Shown here in pieces: positions 1-13,116 of a stretch of 64,000 nt of DNA. Both the position numbers and the translations under genes were made by a program. The notes below the pieces were generated by a model. That model was given only the letters and a program-made list of their open reading frames with translations. It was not told the origin of the DNA and did no database searches. Every line of letters begins with the position of its first letter. Position 1 is the first letter of the stretch. The DNA is from Vulcanimicrobiota bacterium. GTDB lineage: Bacteria; Vulcanimicrobiota; Vulcanimicrobiia; Eremiobacterales; Eremiobacteraceae. The DNA lies in the NCBI GenBank assembly GCA_963812135.1, contig CAWETU010000005.1, positions 64,001 through 128,000 of the forward strand. Direction: 5' to 3'.

Positions 1-175
1 CGCGCACATCCTCGGCCAGCACGCGGCCGGCGGCCAGCGCGCTCATCGGCACGCGCTCCGTCGCGGCGGCGCGGATCGGATGCTCGAACACGGCTCGCAA
101 GGCCTGCGCTAGGGTGACGCGACGAAGGGTCGGATCAACGGTAGACGTCGTGTGTGCCTCCGCACTAGGTAACAT
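1..175 (-). CDS. moeA: Molybdopterin molybdotransferase MoeA, 5' part (runs off window)
   Basis: Manual translation MLPSAEAH...ATERVPMSALAAGRVLAEDVR matches the MoeA N-terminal E-x-V...GRVLAEDV motif. Confidence 0.7.
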   Translation of the reverse strand, partial: MLPSAEAHTTSTVDPTLRRVTLAQALRAVFEHPIRAAATERVPMSALAAGRVLAEDVR

Positions 176-276
176 TCGCGCGAATGCGCAAGTCTGATGT
201 TAGGAATCTCGGTGTTTAGTGCGCTCCCGCAAGGCACCCTTCTGTACTAAGGGCGCCAGCGGGCGATGGAGGCCAG

Positions 277-1401
277 ATGTACCCGCATTCGCTTGAAGAC
301 ATGCTGACGCAGACGGTGCTCGCGAGCGCGTCGGATCTGCACCTGGTCGCCGGCTGTCCGCCGACGATCCGCATCAACGGCGAGCTCGGCAAGCTCAACG
401 ACGACATCATGCAAAAGGACGACATGGAGGGCGTGCTCCGCCAGATCCTGACCGACGACCAGTTCAACCAAATCGTCGTGAATCGCGAGCTCGACACCGC
501 GTACGCGCTCCAGGGCATTTCCCGTTTTCGCGTCAACATGTGCTTCGAACGCGGCCACATGAGCGGTACGTTTCGAGCGATCCCGTCCTCGCCGCCGAAA
601 CTCGAAGAGATGGACCTCCCGAAAGTCGTCACGCAATACACGCAAATACCCCGCGGCCTCATCCTCGTCACCGGGCCGACCGGCTGCGGCAAGAGCACGA
701 CGCTCGCGGCGATGATCGACTATATCAACCGGCGCTCCAAGCTGCGCATCGTGACCATCGAAGACCCGATCGAGTTCGAGCATCACAGCGATCAGTCGGT
801 GATCACGCAGCGCGAGGTCGGCCACGATACCAAAGGCGAGCAATTCGCGTTGCGCTCCGCCCTGCGCCAGGATCCGGACGTGATCCTCGTCGGCGAGATG
901 CGCGATCTGGAGACCATCAAACTGGCGATGTCCGCCGCCGAGACGGGCCACTTGGTGTTCGGCACGCTTCACGTCACGTCGGCGGCCGAATCGATCAATC
1001 GCATCATCGACGTCTTCCCGGTCGACCAGCAGGAGCAGGTGCGCGTCCAGCTCGCCGGCTCGTTCGAAGCGGTCTTCACGCAGTGTTTGCTCCCGCGGGC
1101 CAGCGGCTCGGGGCGCATCTGCGCGATGGAAGTGCTGCTCGGCACCCCGGCTGTCCGCAACCTCATCCGCGAGAACAAGCCATCGCAGATGATGACCGCG
1201 ATGCAGACGGGAACGCAGCTCGGCATGCAGTCCCTCGAGAAACATCTTGCTGAGCTGGTGGTGGCGGGGAAGATCACGCGCGACAGCGCGATCGAAGCAT
1301 CATCGCACCCAGATGAACTGCGGCGCGTATTGGGCTCCGCACCGGCCGGCCCGCGCTTCCCCACGGCGGAGACGGCCATGCCATCGGCACCGCGTCAATA
1401 G
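277..1401 (+). CDS. pilT: Type IV pilus retraction ATPase PilT
   Basis: ASDLHL, Walker A GPTGCGKST, TIEDPIE, LRQDPDVILVGEMRD, AETGHLVFGTLH, AVRNLIRE motif. Confidence 0.93.
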   Translation: MYPHSLEDMLTQTVLASASDLHLVAGCPPTIRINGELGKLNDDIMQKDDMEGVLRQILTDDQFNQIVVNRELDTAYALQGISRFRVNMCFERGHMSGTFRAIPSSPPKLEEMDLPKVVTQYTQIPRGLILVTGPTGCGKSTTLAAMIDYINRRSKLRIVTIEDPIEFEHHSDQSVITQREVGHDTKGEQFALRSALRQDPDVILVGEMRDLETIKLAMSAAETGHLVFGTLHVTSAAESINRIIDVFPVDQQEQVRVQLAGSFEAVFTQCLLPRASGSGRICAMEVLLGTPAVRNLIRENKPSQMMTAMQTGTQLGMQSLEKHLAELVVAGKITRDSAIEASSHPDELRRVLGSAPAGPRFPTAETAMPSAPRQ

Positions 1402-2677
<1,276 letters not shown>

Positions 2678-2712
2678 GAGCCGGCCCCCGCTGAGTCCAA
2701 CCTGCCGGGGTT

Positions 2713-2737
2713 ACCGCTCCATGCATGCGGTTTTTTT
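2713..2737 (+). terminator. Putative intrinsic terminator after serS
   Basis: ACCGC...GCGGT stem followed by a T run. Confidence 0.55.
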
Positions 2738-2786
2738 GCCGCGCGTGGCATCGCTTTGCATACGCGCATTCAAAGGGGGATGGTTC

Positions 2787-3299
2787 ATGAGATCACGGTT
2801 CAGGTTCCTCGTCGTCGCGATTGCCGTCGTGCTCGCGTTTGGCATCAGCCGCTCGGCGATCGCAGCCGACTCGACCAGCTCGAATATGGGAAAGACGACG
2901 GCGTCGCCGGCAAATGGCTGGACGCTCCACATCGACGCCAAGCGCCACGTGCCTGGCAACCCCGACTATGTCATCCACCATTGGTGCCGGCCTGCTGAGG
3001 GCGGCATCACCGAGTGCCAACTCTACGATAGCGACGCGCCCAACGCCCAGCTCGTCGGCGTCGAAGTCGTCGTGCCGACGGCAACTTGGAAAACGTTCAG
3101 CCCGAGCGAGCAGGCGCTCTGGCACTATCACAAGATCGAGATACCGAAGGTGTCTGCGACCCTGCCCGGGATGAGCGCCGCGCAAGCCGCCAAGGTCCTC
3201 GCGAGCCTGCAGGAGACATACGGCAAGGTCTACCTGCTGTGGGATCCGAGCAAGTCAAAGGTCCCGACTGGACAACCCTTCGTCTACGTCCTGAAGTAA
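2787..3299 (+). CDS. Secreted DUF1264/OBAP-like protein
   Basis: AGGGGG RBS, signal peptide, HHWC...ECQLYDSDAPNAQLVGVE...LWHYH and TYGK motifs. Confidence 0.7.
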   Translation: MRSRFRFLVVAIAVVLAFGISRSAIAADSTSSNMGKTTASPANGWTLHIDAKRHVPGNPDYVIHHWCRPAEGGITECQLYDSDAPNAQLVGVEVVVPTATWKTFSPSEQALWHYHKIEIPKVSATLPGMSAAQAAKVLASLQETYGKVYLLWDPSKSKVPTGQPFVYVLK

Positions 3300-3319
3300 C
3301 GAGGCGATCTCGGAAGCGA

Positions 3320-3360
3320 AACGGAGCCGGCGCGATGCCGACTCCGTTCTTGTTCTTTGT
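3320..3360 (+). terminator. Intrinsic terminator between convergent genes
   Basis: AACGGAG-CCGGC/GCCG-A-CTCCGTT hairpin followed by a long T-rich tract. Confidence 0.65.
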
Positions 3361-3377
3361 CGTTTCGTTCTTTTGGT

Positions 3378-3575
3378 TTAGGCCGCTTCAGCCTTCAGAC
3401 CCGATTGGATTTTGGACCGTAGCTCCGGCGAGTCCTGATGTCCGTGAGCCGAGACCGCATGCATCACAGCGGCGCTGAGCACTTCATCGGGTGTGCCGGA
3501 GATGTACAGCGAGCAATTGCTGTCGCTGGGCATTTCGGCGCAGTCGATGAAGACGCGCGTTGACGTGGTGGCCAT
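3378..3575 (-). CDS. Small DUF1059-like metal-binding protein (65 aa)
   Basis: AGGAGG RBS; IDC...C...G...EVL..A..HA...HG pattern. Confidence 0.75.
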   Translation of the reverse strand: MATTSTRVFIDCAEMPSDSNCSLYISGTPDEVLSAAVMHAVSAHGHQDSPELRSKIQSGLKAEAA

Positions 3576-3686
3576 AAGTGTACCTCCTAAGCGCGGGCGC
3601 GAAGACTTCGCACGAGCGGACGTCTGAGTCCCTTCGAACACGCGTTCTCGGCGGGGACGCCCGGTGCCGGGGCATAAGTCGGGCGC

Positions 3687-5288
3687 ATGAAGCACTCGAC
3701 CACATCAGATGGCGTCACGCTCCGCGCCGATCGCGTTGAGCGTCAAGACGAAATCATCACGCCCGAATCGCTCGCGTTTCTCGCATCCTTAGCGCGCGAA
3801 TTCGAGCCCACACGGCAGTCGCTGCTCGCCGCGCGCGCGCAGCGCCAGCGCGAGTTCGATGCCGGCGCGTTGCCCGATTTCTTGACGGCGACTAGCGCCG
3901 TGCGCGACGGGGCATGGACCGGACCGCCGGCGCCGGCGGACTTGCGCGACCGGCGCGTGGAGATCACCGGGCCGACCGACCGCAAGATGATGATCAACGC
4001 GCTCAACTCCGGCGCGAGCACGTTCATGGCGGATTTCGAAGACTCGAACACGCCGAGCTGGGAGAACCTCATCGGCGGCCACGGCAACCTGATCGATGCG
4101 ATCGAGCGCACCATCACGCTCGACACGCCGGAGAAATCCTATCGCCTGGTCGAGCGGCCCGCGGTGTTGCTGGTCCGCCCGCGCGGCTGGCACTTGCCGG
4201 AGCGCCACGTCGTCATCGACGGATCGCCGATGTCGGGCAGCCTCTTCGATTTCGGCTTGCATTTCTTCCACAATGCGCGGCGCCTGATCGAGCGCGGCAG
4301 CGGGCCGTATTTCTACTTGCCCAAGCTCGAAAGCCACCTCGAGGCCCGGCTGTGGAACGACGTCTTCAATTTCGCGCAGGACGCGCTGCGCATCCCGCGG
4401 GGCACCATCCGCGCGACGGTCTTGATCGAGACGATCCTCGCCGCGTTTGAGATGGACGAAATCCTCTACGAGCTGCGCGAGCACTCCGCCGGACTCAATG
4501 CGGGCCGCTGGGATTACATGTTCAGCATCATCAAAAAGTTCCGCAACCGGGCCGACTTCATGTTGCCCGATCGGGCGCAAGTCACCATGACGGTGCCCTT
4601 CATGCGAGCGTACACCGAGCTGCTCGTCAAGACGTGCCACCGCCGCGGCGTGCACGCGATGGGGGGCATGGCCGCCTTCATCCCGAGCCGGCGCGACGCG
4701 GCGGTCAACGAAACGGCGTTCACGCGCGTCCGCGATGACAAGCAGCGCGAAGCCAATGACGGCTTTGACGGCACGTGGGTGGCGCATCCCGATCTCGTGC
4801 CGGTGGCGCGGCATGAGTTCGACAAGGTGCTCGGACAGCGGCCCAATCAGCTCGAGCGCCAGCGGCCCGAAGTGTCGGTGAGCGCGCGCGAGCTGCTCGA
4901 CGTGCGCGTGCCCGGCGGCACGATCACCCGGGGTGGCGTGCGCGGCAACGTGAGCGTCGGCTTACGTTACCTGGAATCGTGGCTGCGCGGCACGGGCGCC
5001 GCCGGCATCAACAACCTCATGGAAGACGTCGCGACGGCCGAGATCGCGCGATCGCAGCTTTGGCAGTGGGCGCATCATGGGGCCAAGCTCGACGACGGCG
5101 AAGCGGTTGGGAAGAGCATGGTCCGCGGCCTTGAGGAAGACGAGCTGCGCGAGGCGCGCGGTTCGATGGACGACAAAGCGTTCTCGCACAGCCGCTTCAA
5201 AGATGCGCGCGACGTCTTCGACAAAGTCGCGCTCACGGACGACTTCATCGAGTTCTTGACGCTGCCCGCCTACGAGTTGCTTGCCTGA
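3687..5288 (+). CDS. aceB: Malate synthase A
   Basis: [48 protein letters not shown]. Confidence 0.95.
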   Translation: MKHSTTSDGVTLRADRVERQDEIITPESLAFLASLAREFEPTRQSLLAARAQRQREFDAGALPDFLTATSAVRDGAWTGPPAPADLRDRRVEITGPTDRKMMINALNSGASTFMADFEDSNTPSWENLIGGHGNLIDAIERTITLDTPEKSYRLVERPAVLLVRPRGWHLPERHVVIDGSPMSGSLFDFGLHFFHNARRLIERGSGPYFYLPKLESHLEARLWNDVFNFAQDALRIPRGTIRATVLIETILAAFEMDEILYELREHSAGLNAGRWDYMFSIIKKFRNRADFMLPDRAQVTMTVPFMRAYTELLVKTCHRRGVHAMGGMAAFIPSRRDAAVNETAFTRVRDDKQREANDGFDGTWVAHPDLVPVARHEFDKVLGQRPNQLERQRPEVSVSARELLDVRVPGGTITRGGVRGNVSVGLRYLESWLRGTGAAGINNLMEDVATAEIARSQLWQWAHHGAKLDDGEAVGKSMVRGLEEDELREARGSMDDKAFSHSRFKDARDVFDKVALTDDFIEFLTLPAYELLA

Positions 5289-5294
5289 CTCGAG

Positions 5295-6746
5295 CTAGTA
5301 CAGCACGTGAACCGTGTACTGCAGCGTCGTCTTGCCGTTCGCCGGCACGGTGATGGTCCAGGTCGCCGTCGCGCTCGATGACTTGACGTGCGCGAAGTTC
5401 TCGGCGATCACGCTCCAGTCGCCCGGCATCGGCTCAACCACTTTGAGCGTCACCGGGGTGTCCTTCGCGTTGCGCATCTCGATCGAGTACGAGCTGTCGT
5501 ATTGGTAGCGGTCGTTGAACGGACCGACGCGATGAAAATCGGTCTGCTTCTTCGTGGCGGTGACGTCGAACGACTCGCCGAGCAGTAGGCGGACCCGTTC
5601 GCGCCGCGCCGTGTGGTCGATGGTGTCCTCGCCCACGAACTGCGCGTTGCCTTGCGAGTCCTTTTTGTAGATGCGCACGATGCCTTTGGGCAAGGGAACG
5701 CCCAGACCGCCGCCCTCGTTGCTGAACTCCAAGAAGACCTGCGGCTTGAGCTGCTGTCCGAGATCGCTCGACGCTTGCGTGTAGTAGTAGTCTTGGCCCC
5801 GCAGCTCGAGCGATTTGGTCACAGGAATCGCGGCGGCGGAAAGCATCGCCACCTGCTTTGTCTGCTTGTCGGCGATCGTCGTCGGCCTCCCGAGCGTGTA
5901 GAGGTGATATTCGAACAGGTTCTCCTGACGCATCTGCGGCGCCGCGTTTCTCGCGAGAGTCCCGCCCAGTGCCTGCATCTCGGTGGCGGCTTGTGCGCGA
6001 TTGAGGCTCCCGGCCACGAGTTGCATGCGAGCGTTGTTGTAACTGGTGCCGCTGCTGTTGGTGAGCGTCACCAGCCCGTTGAGATCCAACCGGTCGTCGT
6101 TGGCGTTGAGCACGCCCACGTAGTCGGCACGCCAGGACAGCCCGCCGGTCAGATAGTCGAGCTCGACGGTCTGCTCGCCCTCGTATGTGTTGTCGATGTC
6201 GGTCACGAGCGTCGGGCGATCGCGCAGGTTCGATGGTATGGACGCGAACGCGAGACGCCCGTCGACGCCGGTCTCGATCCGGTTCGCGTATTGCAAGACG
6301 ACGCCGCCATTGACCGACAGCACCTTGGCTTCTTCGCGCGTGTCCACGCCCGTGCGCGGATTGGTGTGGATGACCGTCACGTCGCGGCCGACATACTTGG
6401 CGAGCAGCGTCTCAGGGCTGAGCAGGTCGAAGTTGAAGTTCTGCTCGACAACCGAGATCGCGCCTGCCGACGCGAGGCTGTGGAATAGCGCAGTCGTCGC
6501 GTCCATTTGCGCGCTGACGTCGCGCAACGCGAGCCGCTGCGCACCCTTCGGCAGCGAAAGCCGGCGCTCGTCGCGCACGAGCGCGAGGTTGTCGTTGTAG
6601 ATCGTGACGGACACGGCTTGCTGGTCGGCAAGCGTGCTCGTCCGCTCGCCCGGGTCCGCGGCGGCGACGCCGCTGATCGGCGTGAGCAGCGCGAGCGTCA
6701 CCGCGATCGAGGCAATGCGAAGATACCAGCCAGAATGGGTCGACAT
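5295..6746 (-). CDS. Secreted DUF4139-domain protein
   Basis: Signal peptide; VTIYNDNLALVRD, EQNFNFDLL, YLTGGLSWRADY, EYHLY motifs. Confidence 0.75.
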   Translation of the reverse strand: MSTHSGWYLRIASIAVTLALLTPISGVAAADPGERTSTLADQQAVSVTIYNDNLALVRDERRLSLPKGAQRLALRDVSAQMDATTALFHSLASAGAISVVEQNFNFDLLSPETLLAKYVGRDVTVIHTNPRTGVDTREEAKVLSVNGGVVLQYANRIETGVDGRLAFASIPSNLRDRPTLVTDIDNTYEGEQTVELDYLTGGLSWRADYVGVLNANDDRLDLNGLVTLTNSSGTSYNNARMQLVAGSLNRAQAATEMQALGGTLARNAAPQMRQENLFEYHLYTLGRPTTIADKQTKQVAMLSAAAIPVTKSLELRGQDYYYTQASSDLGQQLKPQVFLEFSNEGGGLGVPLPKGIVRIYKKDSQGNAQFVGEDTIDHTARRERVRLLLGESFDVTATKKQTDFHRVGPFNDRYQYDSSYSIEMRNAKDTPVTLKVVEPMPGDWSVIAENFAHVKSSSATATWTITVPANGKTTLQYTVHVLY

Positions 6747-6828
6747 AGGAGCCCTCCCGCAAAGAATTCGGCCACCCCGTACGATTATACGTCGTACGGA
6801 GCAGCCGTTGGGTTCGAAGAAGAGGCAC

Positions 6829-8640
<1,812 letters not shown>

Positions 8641-8717
8641 CGTGTGACACTTCGGCGGCCCGTCAGCGATGCCTGGCGGAGGCGCCGCGGCGCGTGCCGA
8701 ATTTCCGTGGACACCGT

Positions 8718-9728
8718 ATGACACACCCGCTCGACAGCAGGTCCCGGCCGCTCCGCGATCTGCGCATCTCGGTCACCGATCGCTGCAACTTCCGCTGCAC
8801 GTACTGCATGCCGAAGGAGGTCTTCGGCCGGGATTTCCACTTCTTGCCGGCGCGCGAACTTCTGTCGTTCGAAGAGATCGCGCGGCTCGCGCACATCTTC
8901 GCGGGGCTCGGCGTCGAGAAGCTGCGGCTTACCGGCGGCGAGCCGCTGCTGCGCCGCGACCTGCCGGCGCTCGTGCAGATGCTCGCGGACATACCGGGCA
9001 TCGCCGACCTGACCCTGACCACCAACGGCGCGCTGCTCGCAAAACTGGCGCCTGCGCTCAAGAGCGCAGGGCTGCGGCGCATCAGCGTGAGCCTCGACTC
9101 GCTCGACGACGCGGTCTTCCGCGCGATGAACGACGTCGATATGCCCGTCGCGCGGATCCTCGAGGGCATCGATGCAGCCGTCCATGCCGGCATGGGACCG
9201 ATCAAGATCAATGTCGTCGTCAAGCGCGGCGTCAACGACGCCGGCATCATCGATATGGCGGCGCATTTCCGCGGCACCGGGTGCATCCTGCGCTTCATCG
9301 AGTACATGGACGTCGGCACGACCAACGGCTGGCGTCTCGATGACGTGGTGCCCGCCGCTGAAGTCGTGCGCACCATCGATGCGGTGTTCCCGCTCGAAGC
9401 GCTCTCGCCGAACTATCGCGGTGAGGTCGCCAATCGGTACCGGTACGTCGACGGCGCGGGCGAGATCGGTGTGATCGCGTCGGTGACCCAGCCGTTCTGC
9501 GGCAACTGCACGCGCGCTCGGCTCTCATCGGAAGGGCTGCTCTACACCTGTCTGTTCGCCTCGACCGGACGCGACCTGCGCGCGCTGCTGCGCGGCAACG
9601 CTTCGGATGACGAGATTCGCGCCTTCATCGGCGGCGTCTGGCACGCGCGCGACGACCGCTACTCAGAACTGAGGACGGAACAGACGACACGCCTCCCGAA
9701 GGTCGAGATGTCGCACATCGGCGGCTAA
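8718..9728 (+). CDS. moaA: GTP 3',8-cyclase MoaA
   Basis: [18 protein letters not shown] radical-SAM motif, [10 protein letters not shown]-terminal MSHIGG. Confidence 0.95.
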   Translation: MTHPLDSRSRPLRDLRISVTDRCNFRCTYCMPKEVFGRDFHFLPARELLSFEEIARLAHIFAGLGVEKLRLTGGEPLLRRDLPALVQMLADIPGIADLTLTTNGALLAKLAPALKSAGLRRISVSLDSLDDAVFRAMNDVDMPVARILEGIDAAVHAGMGPIKINVVVKRGVNDAGIIDMAAHFRGTGCILRFIEYMDVGTTNGWRLDDVVPAAEVVRTIDAVFPLEALSPNYRGEVANRYRYVDGAGEIGVIASVTQPFCGNCTRARLSSEGLLYTCLFASTGRDLRALLRGNASDDEIRAFIGGVWHARDDRYSELRTEQTTRLPKVEMSHIGG

Positions 9729-9729
9729 T

Positions 9730-9754
9730 GGAGCGGTCGAATTTATTCGACCGT
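9730..9754 (+). repeat. REP-like palindrome, copy 1 (GGAG variant)
   Basis: GGAG-CGGTCGAATTTATTCGACCG-T; core identical to other copies. Confidence 0.85.
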
Positions 9755-9771
9755 CGAGCGGAGGTGGCGTC

Positions 9772-10659
9772 GTGCAGGTTATCAACGTGCTCATCATCAT
9801 CGTGGGCCTTGGTTTGGCGTTGTATTTCGGTTCGCGCGGCATGCACGAAGAGGGCAAGCATCCGGAGTTCCAGATGAATTCGCTCCTCGTCGCCGTGGCC
9901 GTGCTGATCGTCGCATTCGGCCTCGCGTCCACCTTCGGGCAAGTGCCGTCGGGCTATCGCGGCGTGGTGTTGCGCTTCGGCGCTCCGACCGGCGAGGTCA
10001 AACCCGAGGGGTTGTACACCGTCGTGCCGTTCATCACGTCGGTGGTGCTGATGAACGTGCAGGTGCAATCGTACGCGACCGATGCGCAGGCGGCGTCGCA
10101 CGACTTGCAAGACGTGCGCACGCAGGTGACGCTCAACTACTCGCTCGACCCGGGCCAGGTGGTCACTATCTACCGCGATCTGCGCCAGGACTACGTCGAG
10201 CGCATCATCTCGCCGGGCATCCAAGAAGCGATCAAAGCCGCCACTGCCCGCTTCACGGCCGAGGCGCTCATCACGCAACGGCCGGCCGCGCGCGACCTTC
10301 TCGACCAGCTGCTGGCGCAACGGCTCACGCAGTTCGGCATCAAGATCGAAGCGCTGTCGATCACCAACTTCTCGTTCAGCGATCAGTTCAACCAAGCGAT
10401 CGAGGCGAAAGTCACCGCGGAGCAAGACGCGCTGCGTGCGCAACAGGTGCTGACGCGTGTGCGCTTCGAGGCAGAGCAAAAGGTGGTCGCGGCCCGAGCC
10501 GAAGCCCAAGCGCTAGCGTTGCAGCGCCAGAACGTCACGCAACAGCTGCTCCAGCTGCGCGCGATCGAGAAATGGGATGGCAAACTGCCGAGCGTGGTCG
10601 GCGCCGGAGCTACGTTGCCCGTGCTCGGCTCGTTCGGTCCGAGTTCGACGACGCCGTAA
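9772..10659 (+). CDS. SPFH/prohibitin (band 7) family membrane protein
   Basis: N-terminal TM helices; VPSGYRGVVLRFG, DLQDV, FSDQFNQAIEAKV, AIEKWDGKLP. Confidence 0.88.
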   Translation: MQVINVLIIIVGLGLALYFGSRGMHEEGKHPEFQMNSLLVAVAVLIVAFGLASTFGQVPSGYRGVVLRFGAPTGEVKPEGLYTVVPFITSVVLMNVQVQSYATDAQAASHDLQDVRTQVTLNYSLDPGQVVTIYRDLRQDYVERIISPGIQEAIKAATARFTAEALITQRPAARDLLDQLLAQRLTQFGIKIEALSITNFSFSDQFNQAIEAKVTAEQDALRAQQVLTRVRFEAEQKVVAARAEAQALALQRQNVTQQLLQLRAIEKWDGKLPSVVGAGATLPVLGSFGPSSTTP

Positions 10660-10710
10660 ACGGTCGAATAAATTCGACCGCTACATACGTCGAATACATT
10701 CGACCGCTAC
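10660..10710 (-). repeat. REP-like palindrome, copies 2 and 3 (tandem, 26-bp period)
   Basis: Perfect GTAG-CGGTCGAATTTATTCGACCG at 10661-10684 and a degenerate copy at 10687-10710 whose TAG is the cytochrome b stop codon. Confidence 0.85.
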
Positions 10711-12227
10711 TTGTGCGCCTTGACCTGCGCCTCGGTGATCGGCGACGCCTTGTTGCCCCACGACGTCCGGATGTAGGTCAGCACCGCGGCGATCTGGGCG
10801 TCCGTGAGCTTGCCGTGCCACGCCGGCATGGCGCCGTTGAAGACCTGTCCGTTCACCTTGATCTGCCCGTGCAAGCCGTTGGCGACGATGCCGATGACGG
10901 CGTTCGGATCCCCTGTGACGATGGGGTTTCCCGCCAGCGGCGGGAATGCGCCGGTCAATCCCTGGCCGCTCGCGCCGTGGCAGCTCGCGCAATTCGTCGA
11001 GTAGACGGCTGCGCCGTCGGGTGCCGTTGCAGCGCTGGTCGACGCGCTCGTCGTCACCATGCCGCCGTTCGGAGCGCCCGCGTTGAGCGGGGCCGGCGTT
11101 GAGGGCGGCGCGCCATACCCGAGCACCGGCGTTTGGCCGGCGGGGTTCTGCTTCTGCTCGGCTCCGATCGCATCGGCCGAGTACTTGGTCAACCAGATGA
11201 TACCGATGATCGACGCCAGCGTGATGCCGATCATGAACGGCCGGCGCAAGATGGCGCGGCTCGGGTTGCGGTCAATCCACGGCAACAATATCAACACCGT
11301 CGCAAAGACGCCCGGTAGGACGACCGTCGCGGCGAGATTCATGAATTGGAGCGGCAGATGGAAGATCGCAGCGACCTGCGGTGCGATGCGCAACAGACCG
11401 TAGAGCGCATAGAAATACCACGCCGGCGCGGGTGTGAACGTGGCGTTGTTCGGGTCTGCCTTTGCCAACAACGGCGCGGGCATGAACCACGATAGTGCCA
11501 CAATCACGAGGAAGACCAGAAACGCGATCACTGTGTCCATAAAGATCTGGTCGGGATAGAAACGGCCGACCGTCTTGGGCTTTTCGTCTTGCGGCGGCCC
11601 AGCAGCGCCGTTGTGCCGGAAGATGAACAAGTGCAATCCGACCAGCCCTATGAGCAACGCCGGCGTCGCCCAGACGTGCAAGCCGAAGAAGCGGCCGACG
11701 GTGAGAGTGCCAAGCGTCGCGCCATCATTGAGGAAATAGGCCGTCTGCTGTCCGATGATCGGCACGCTCGCGGCGATGTTGATCGCGACCTGGGTGGCGA
11801 AGTACGCGTTGAGATCCCAGGGGAGCAGGTATCCGGTGAGGCCCGACATCAGCGTGAAGAAGAACAGCGTGACGCCGACGACCCACTGGATCTCGCGCGG
11901 GCGCTTATACGCTCCGAAGACGAGCACTTGCAGCAAATGCACGCTGACCAGGATGATCATGGCCGATGCGCCCCAGAAATGCAGGCTCATCATGAACTGG
12001 CCGAGATAGACGTGCTGATAGATGAAGGCGGTCGATTCCCAAGCAGTGGCGGATGATGGGGAATAGTAGAACGTGAGGAAGATGCCGGTGATGATCTGGA
12101 TGGTGAATGTGATCAGCGTCGCGCTGCCCCAGACGTACCAGTACGTCGCGCCGCCGGGGACGTCTTCGGTCAGGAATTCCTTGAGCGCCGAGACCAGGCC
12201 GGTGCGCTGTTCGATCCAGGTGATCAT
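10707..12227 (-). CDS. Cytochrome b (Rieske/cyt b complex) fused to a C-terminal class I cytochrome c
   Basis: SLHFWGAS...VHLLQV, TGYLLPWD, RFFGLHV...LHL heme b ligands; PAWY; C-terminal CASCHG...GAFPPLAG...GAMP. Confidence 0.9.
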   Translation of the reverse strand: MITWIEQRTGLVSALKEFLTEDVPGGATYWYVWGSATLITFTIQIITGIFLTFYYSPSSATAWESTAFIYQHVYLGQFMMSLHFWGASAMIILVSVHLLQVLVFGAYKRPREIQWVVGVTLFFFTLMSGLTGYLLPWDLNAYFATQVAINIAASVPIIGQQTAYFLNDGATLGTLTVGRFFGLHVWATPALLIGLVGLHLFIFRHNGAAGPPQDEKPKTVGRFYPDQIFMDTVIAFLVFLVIVALSWFMPAPLLAKADPNNATFTPAPAWYFYALYGLLRIAPQVAAIFHLPLQFMNLAATVVLPGVFATVLILLPWIDRNPSRAILRRPFMIGITLASIIGIIWLTKYSADAIGAEQKQNPAGQTPVLGYGAPPSTPAPLNAGAPNGGMVTTSASTSAATAPDGAAVYSTNCASCHGASGQGLTGAFPPLAGNPIVTGDPNAVIGIVANGLHGQIKVNGQVFNGAMPAWHGKLTDAQIAAVLTYIRTSWGNKASPITEAQVKAHK

Positions 12228-12241
12228 GAAATGCGCTCTCC

Positions 12242-12931
12242 TTAGAAGTACGAGACGATGATGCGGTTCGGCTCGTTGGCCCGATATTTGACCCACTCGA
12301 CTTGGGCGATCCCGTTTTGTTCCTGGAACGGCACGGGATCGAGCCCGCGTGGTGACGGGCCTATGTAGTTGCCCTGCGCATCACGCATGTGCACGCCGGT
12401 CTTCGAGAACTGCGAACCGTGGCACGGGCACAGGAACCCTTTGAGGCTGTCGTCCCAATCGTACTTGCAATTGAGATGAGGGCACAGCGAGCTGAACAGC
12501 ACGAAGCCCATCGTTCCCACGGGGAAGGTAACGTCACCGCGCAGCTTGGGATCGAACAGATCCGGCCGATCCGTCTTGAATTGCTGCTCCTCTTGCGGCG
12601 TCATGTGGATGCCCCACACGTAGTAGGCCTGGTCTTCAACCAGATAGCCGTCGACCACGCGTTTTTGGAAGTTGATCTTGACGGGTTTGTCGAGCGCCGC
12701 CTTGAGCGTGGCGAACTCGTCAGGCTTGATCGGAGAAAAGCCCTTGTTCGCGTCGATCAGCTCGGGCTTGGGCCATAGCGTCGGCACGAGCGAGACAAGC
12801 AACCCAACCCCGACGACCCCGCCCAAAACGACGGTCGCCTGTGCGAGGAAGCGCTGCCGGTTGATATCTTCCGTATCGTTGGTCTGACCTGCGGGTGCGT
12901 CGTCCACCACTATCCGTTCCTCCGCGCTCAT
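12242..12931 (-). CDS. Rieske [2Fe-2S] subunit
   Basis: Tat-like NRQRFL plus TM helix; CPHLNC and CPCHGSQF boxes; GPSPRGL. Confidence 0.9.
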   Translation of the reverse strand: MSAEERIVVDDAPAGQTNDTEDINRQRFLAQATVVLGGVVGVGLLVSLVPTLWPKPELIDANKGFSPIKPDEFATLKAALDKPVKINFQKRVVDGYLVEDQAYYVWGIHMTPQEEQQFKTDRPDLFDPKLRGDVTFPVGTMGFVLFSSLCPHLNCKYDWDDSLKGFLCPCHGSQFSKTGVHMRDAQGNYIGPSPRGLDPVPFQEQNGIAQVEWVKYRANEPNRIIVSYF

Positions 12932-13116
12932 CGCATCGCGCCGAATGGGCGCGCCTTCAATTGTACGCGCGCGCCGAGCTTGCGCGTAGGTTTGGCTCCG
13001 GAGCGCTTGCGGCCTTCGTCGCAGGCGGTCGAAACCGCGATTTTAGTCGCGCGCCGCGGGACTGCGAAGGTTCCGGCACGGCGCGCGGGCAAAGCCGCAG
13101 TCGAGTCACACCTCCT

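Noticed and set aside
10660..10710. Tandem palindromic repeats as a CRISPR array
   Set aside because: Only two units separated by 2 nt, no spacers, no cas genes; the same unit is dispersed elsewhere, so REP fits better
13021..13110. Hairpin-rich intergenic stretch (GCGGTCGAAACCGC etc.) as a riboswitch or truncated REP
   Set aside because: Short GC-rich stems are expected by chance; no recognisable aptamer core; only half of the REP matches
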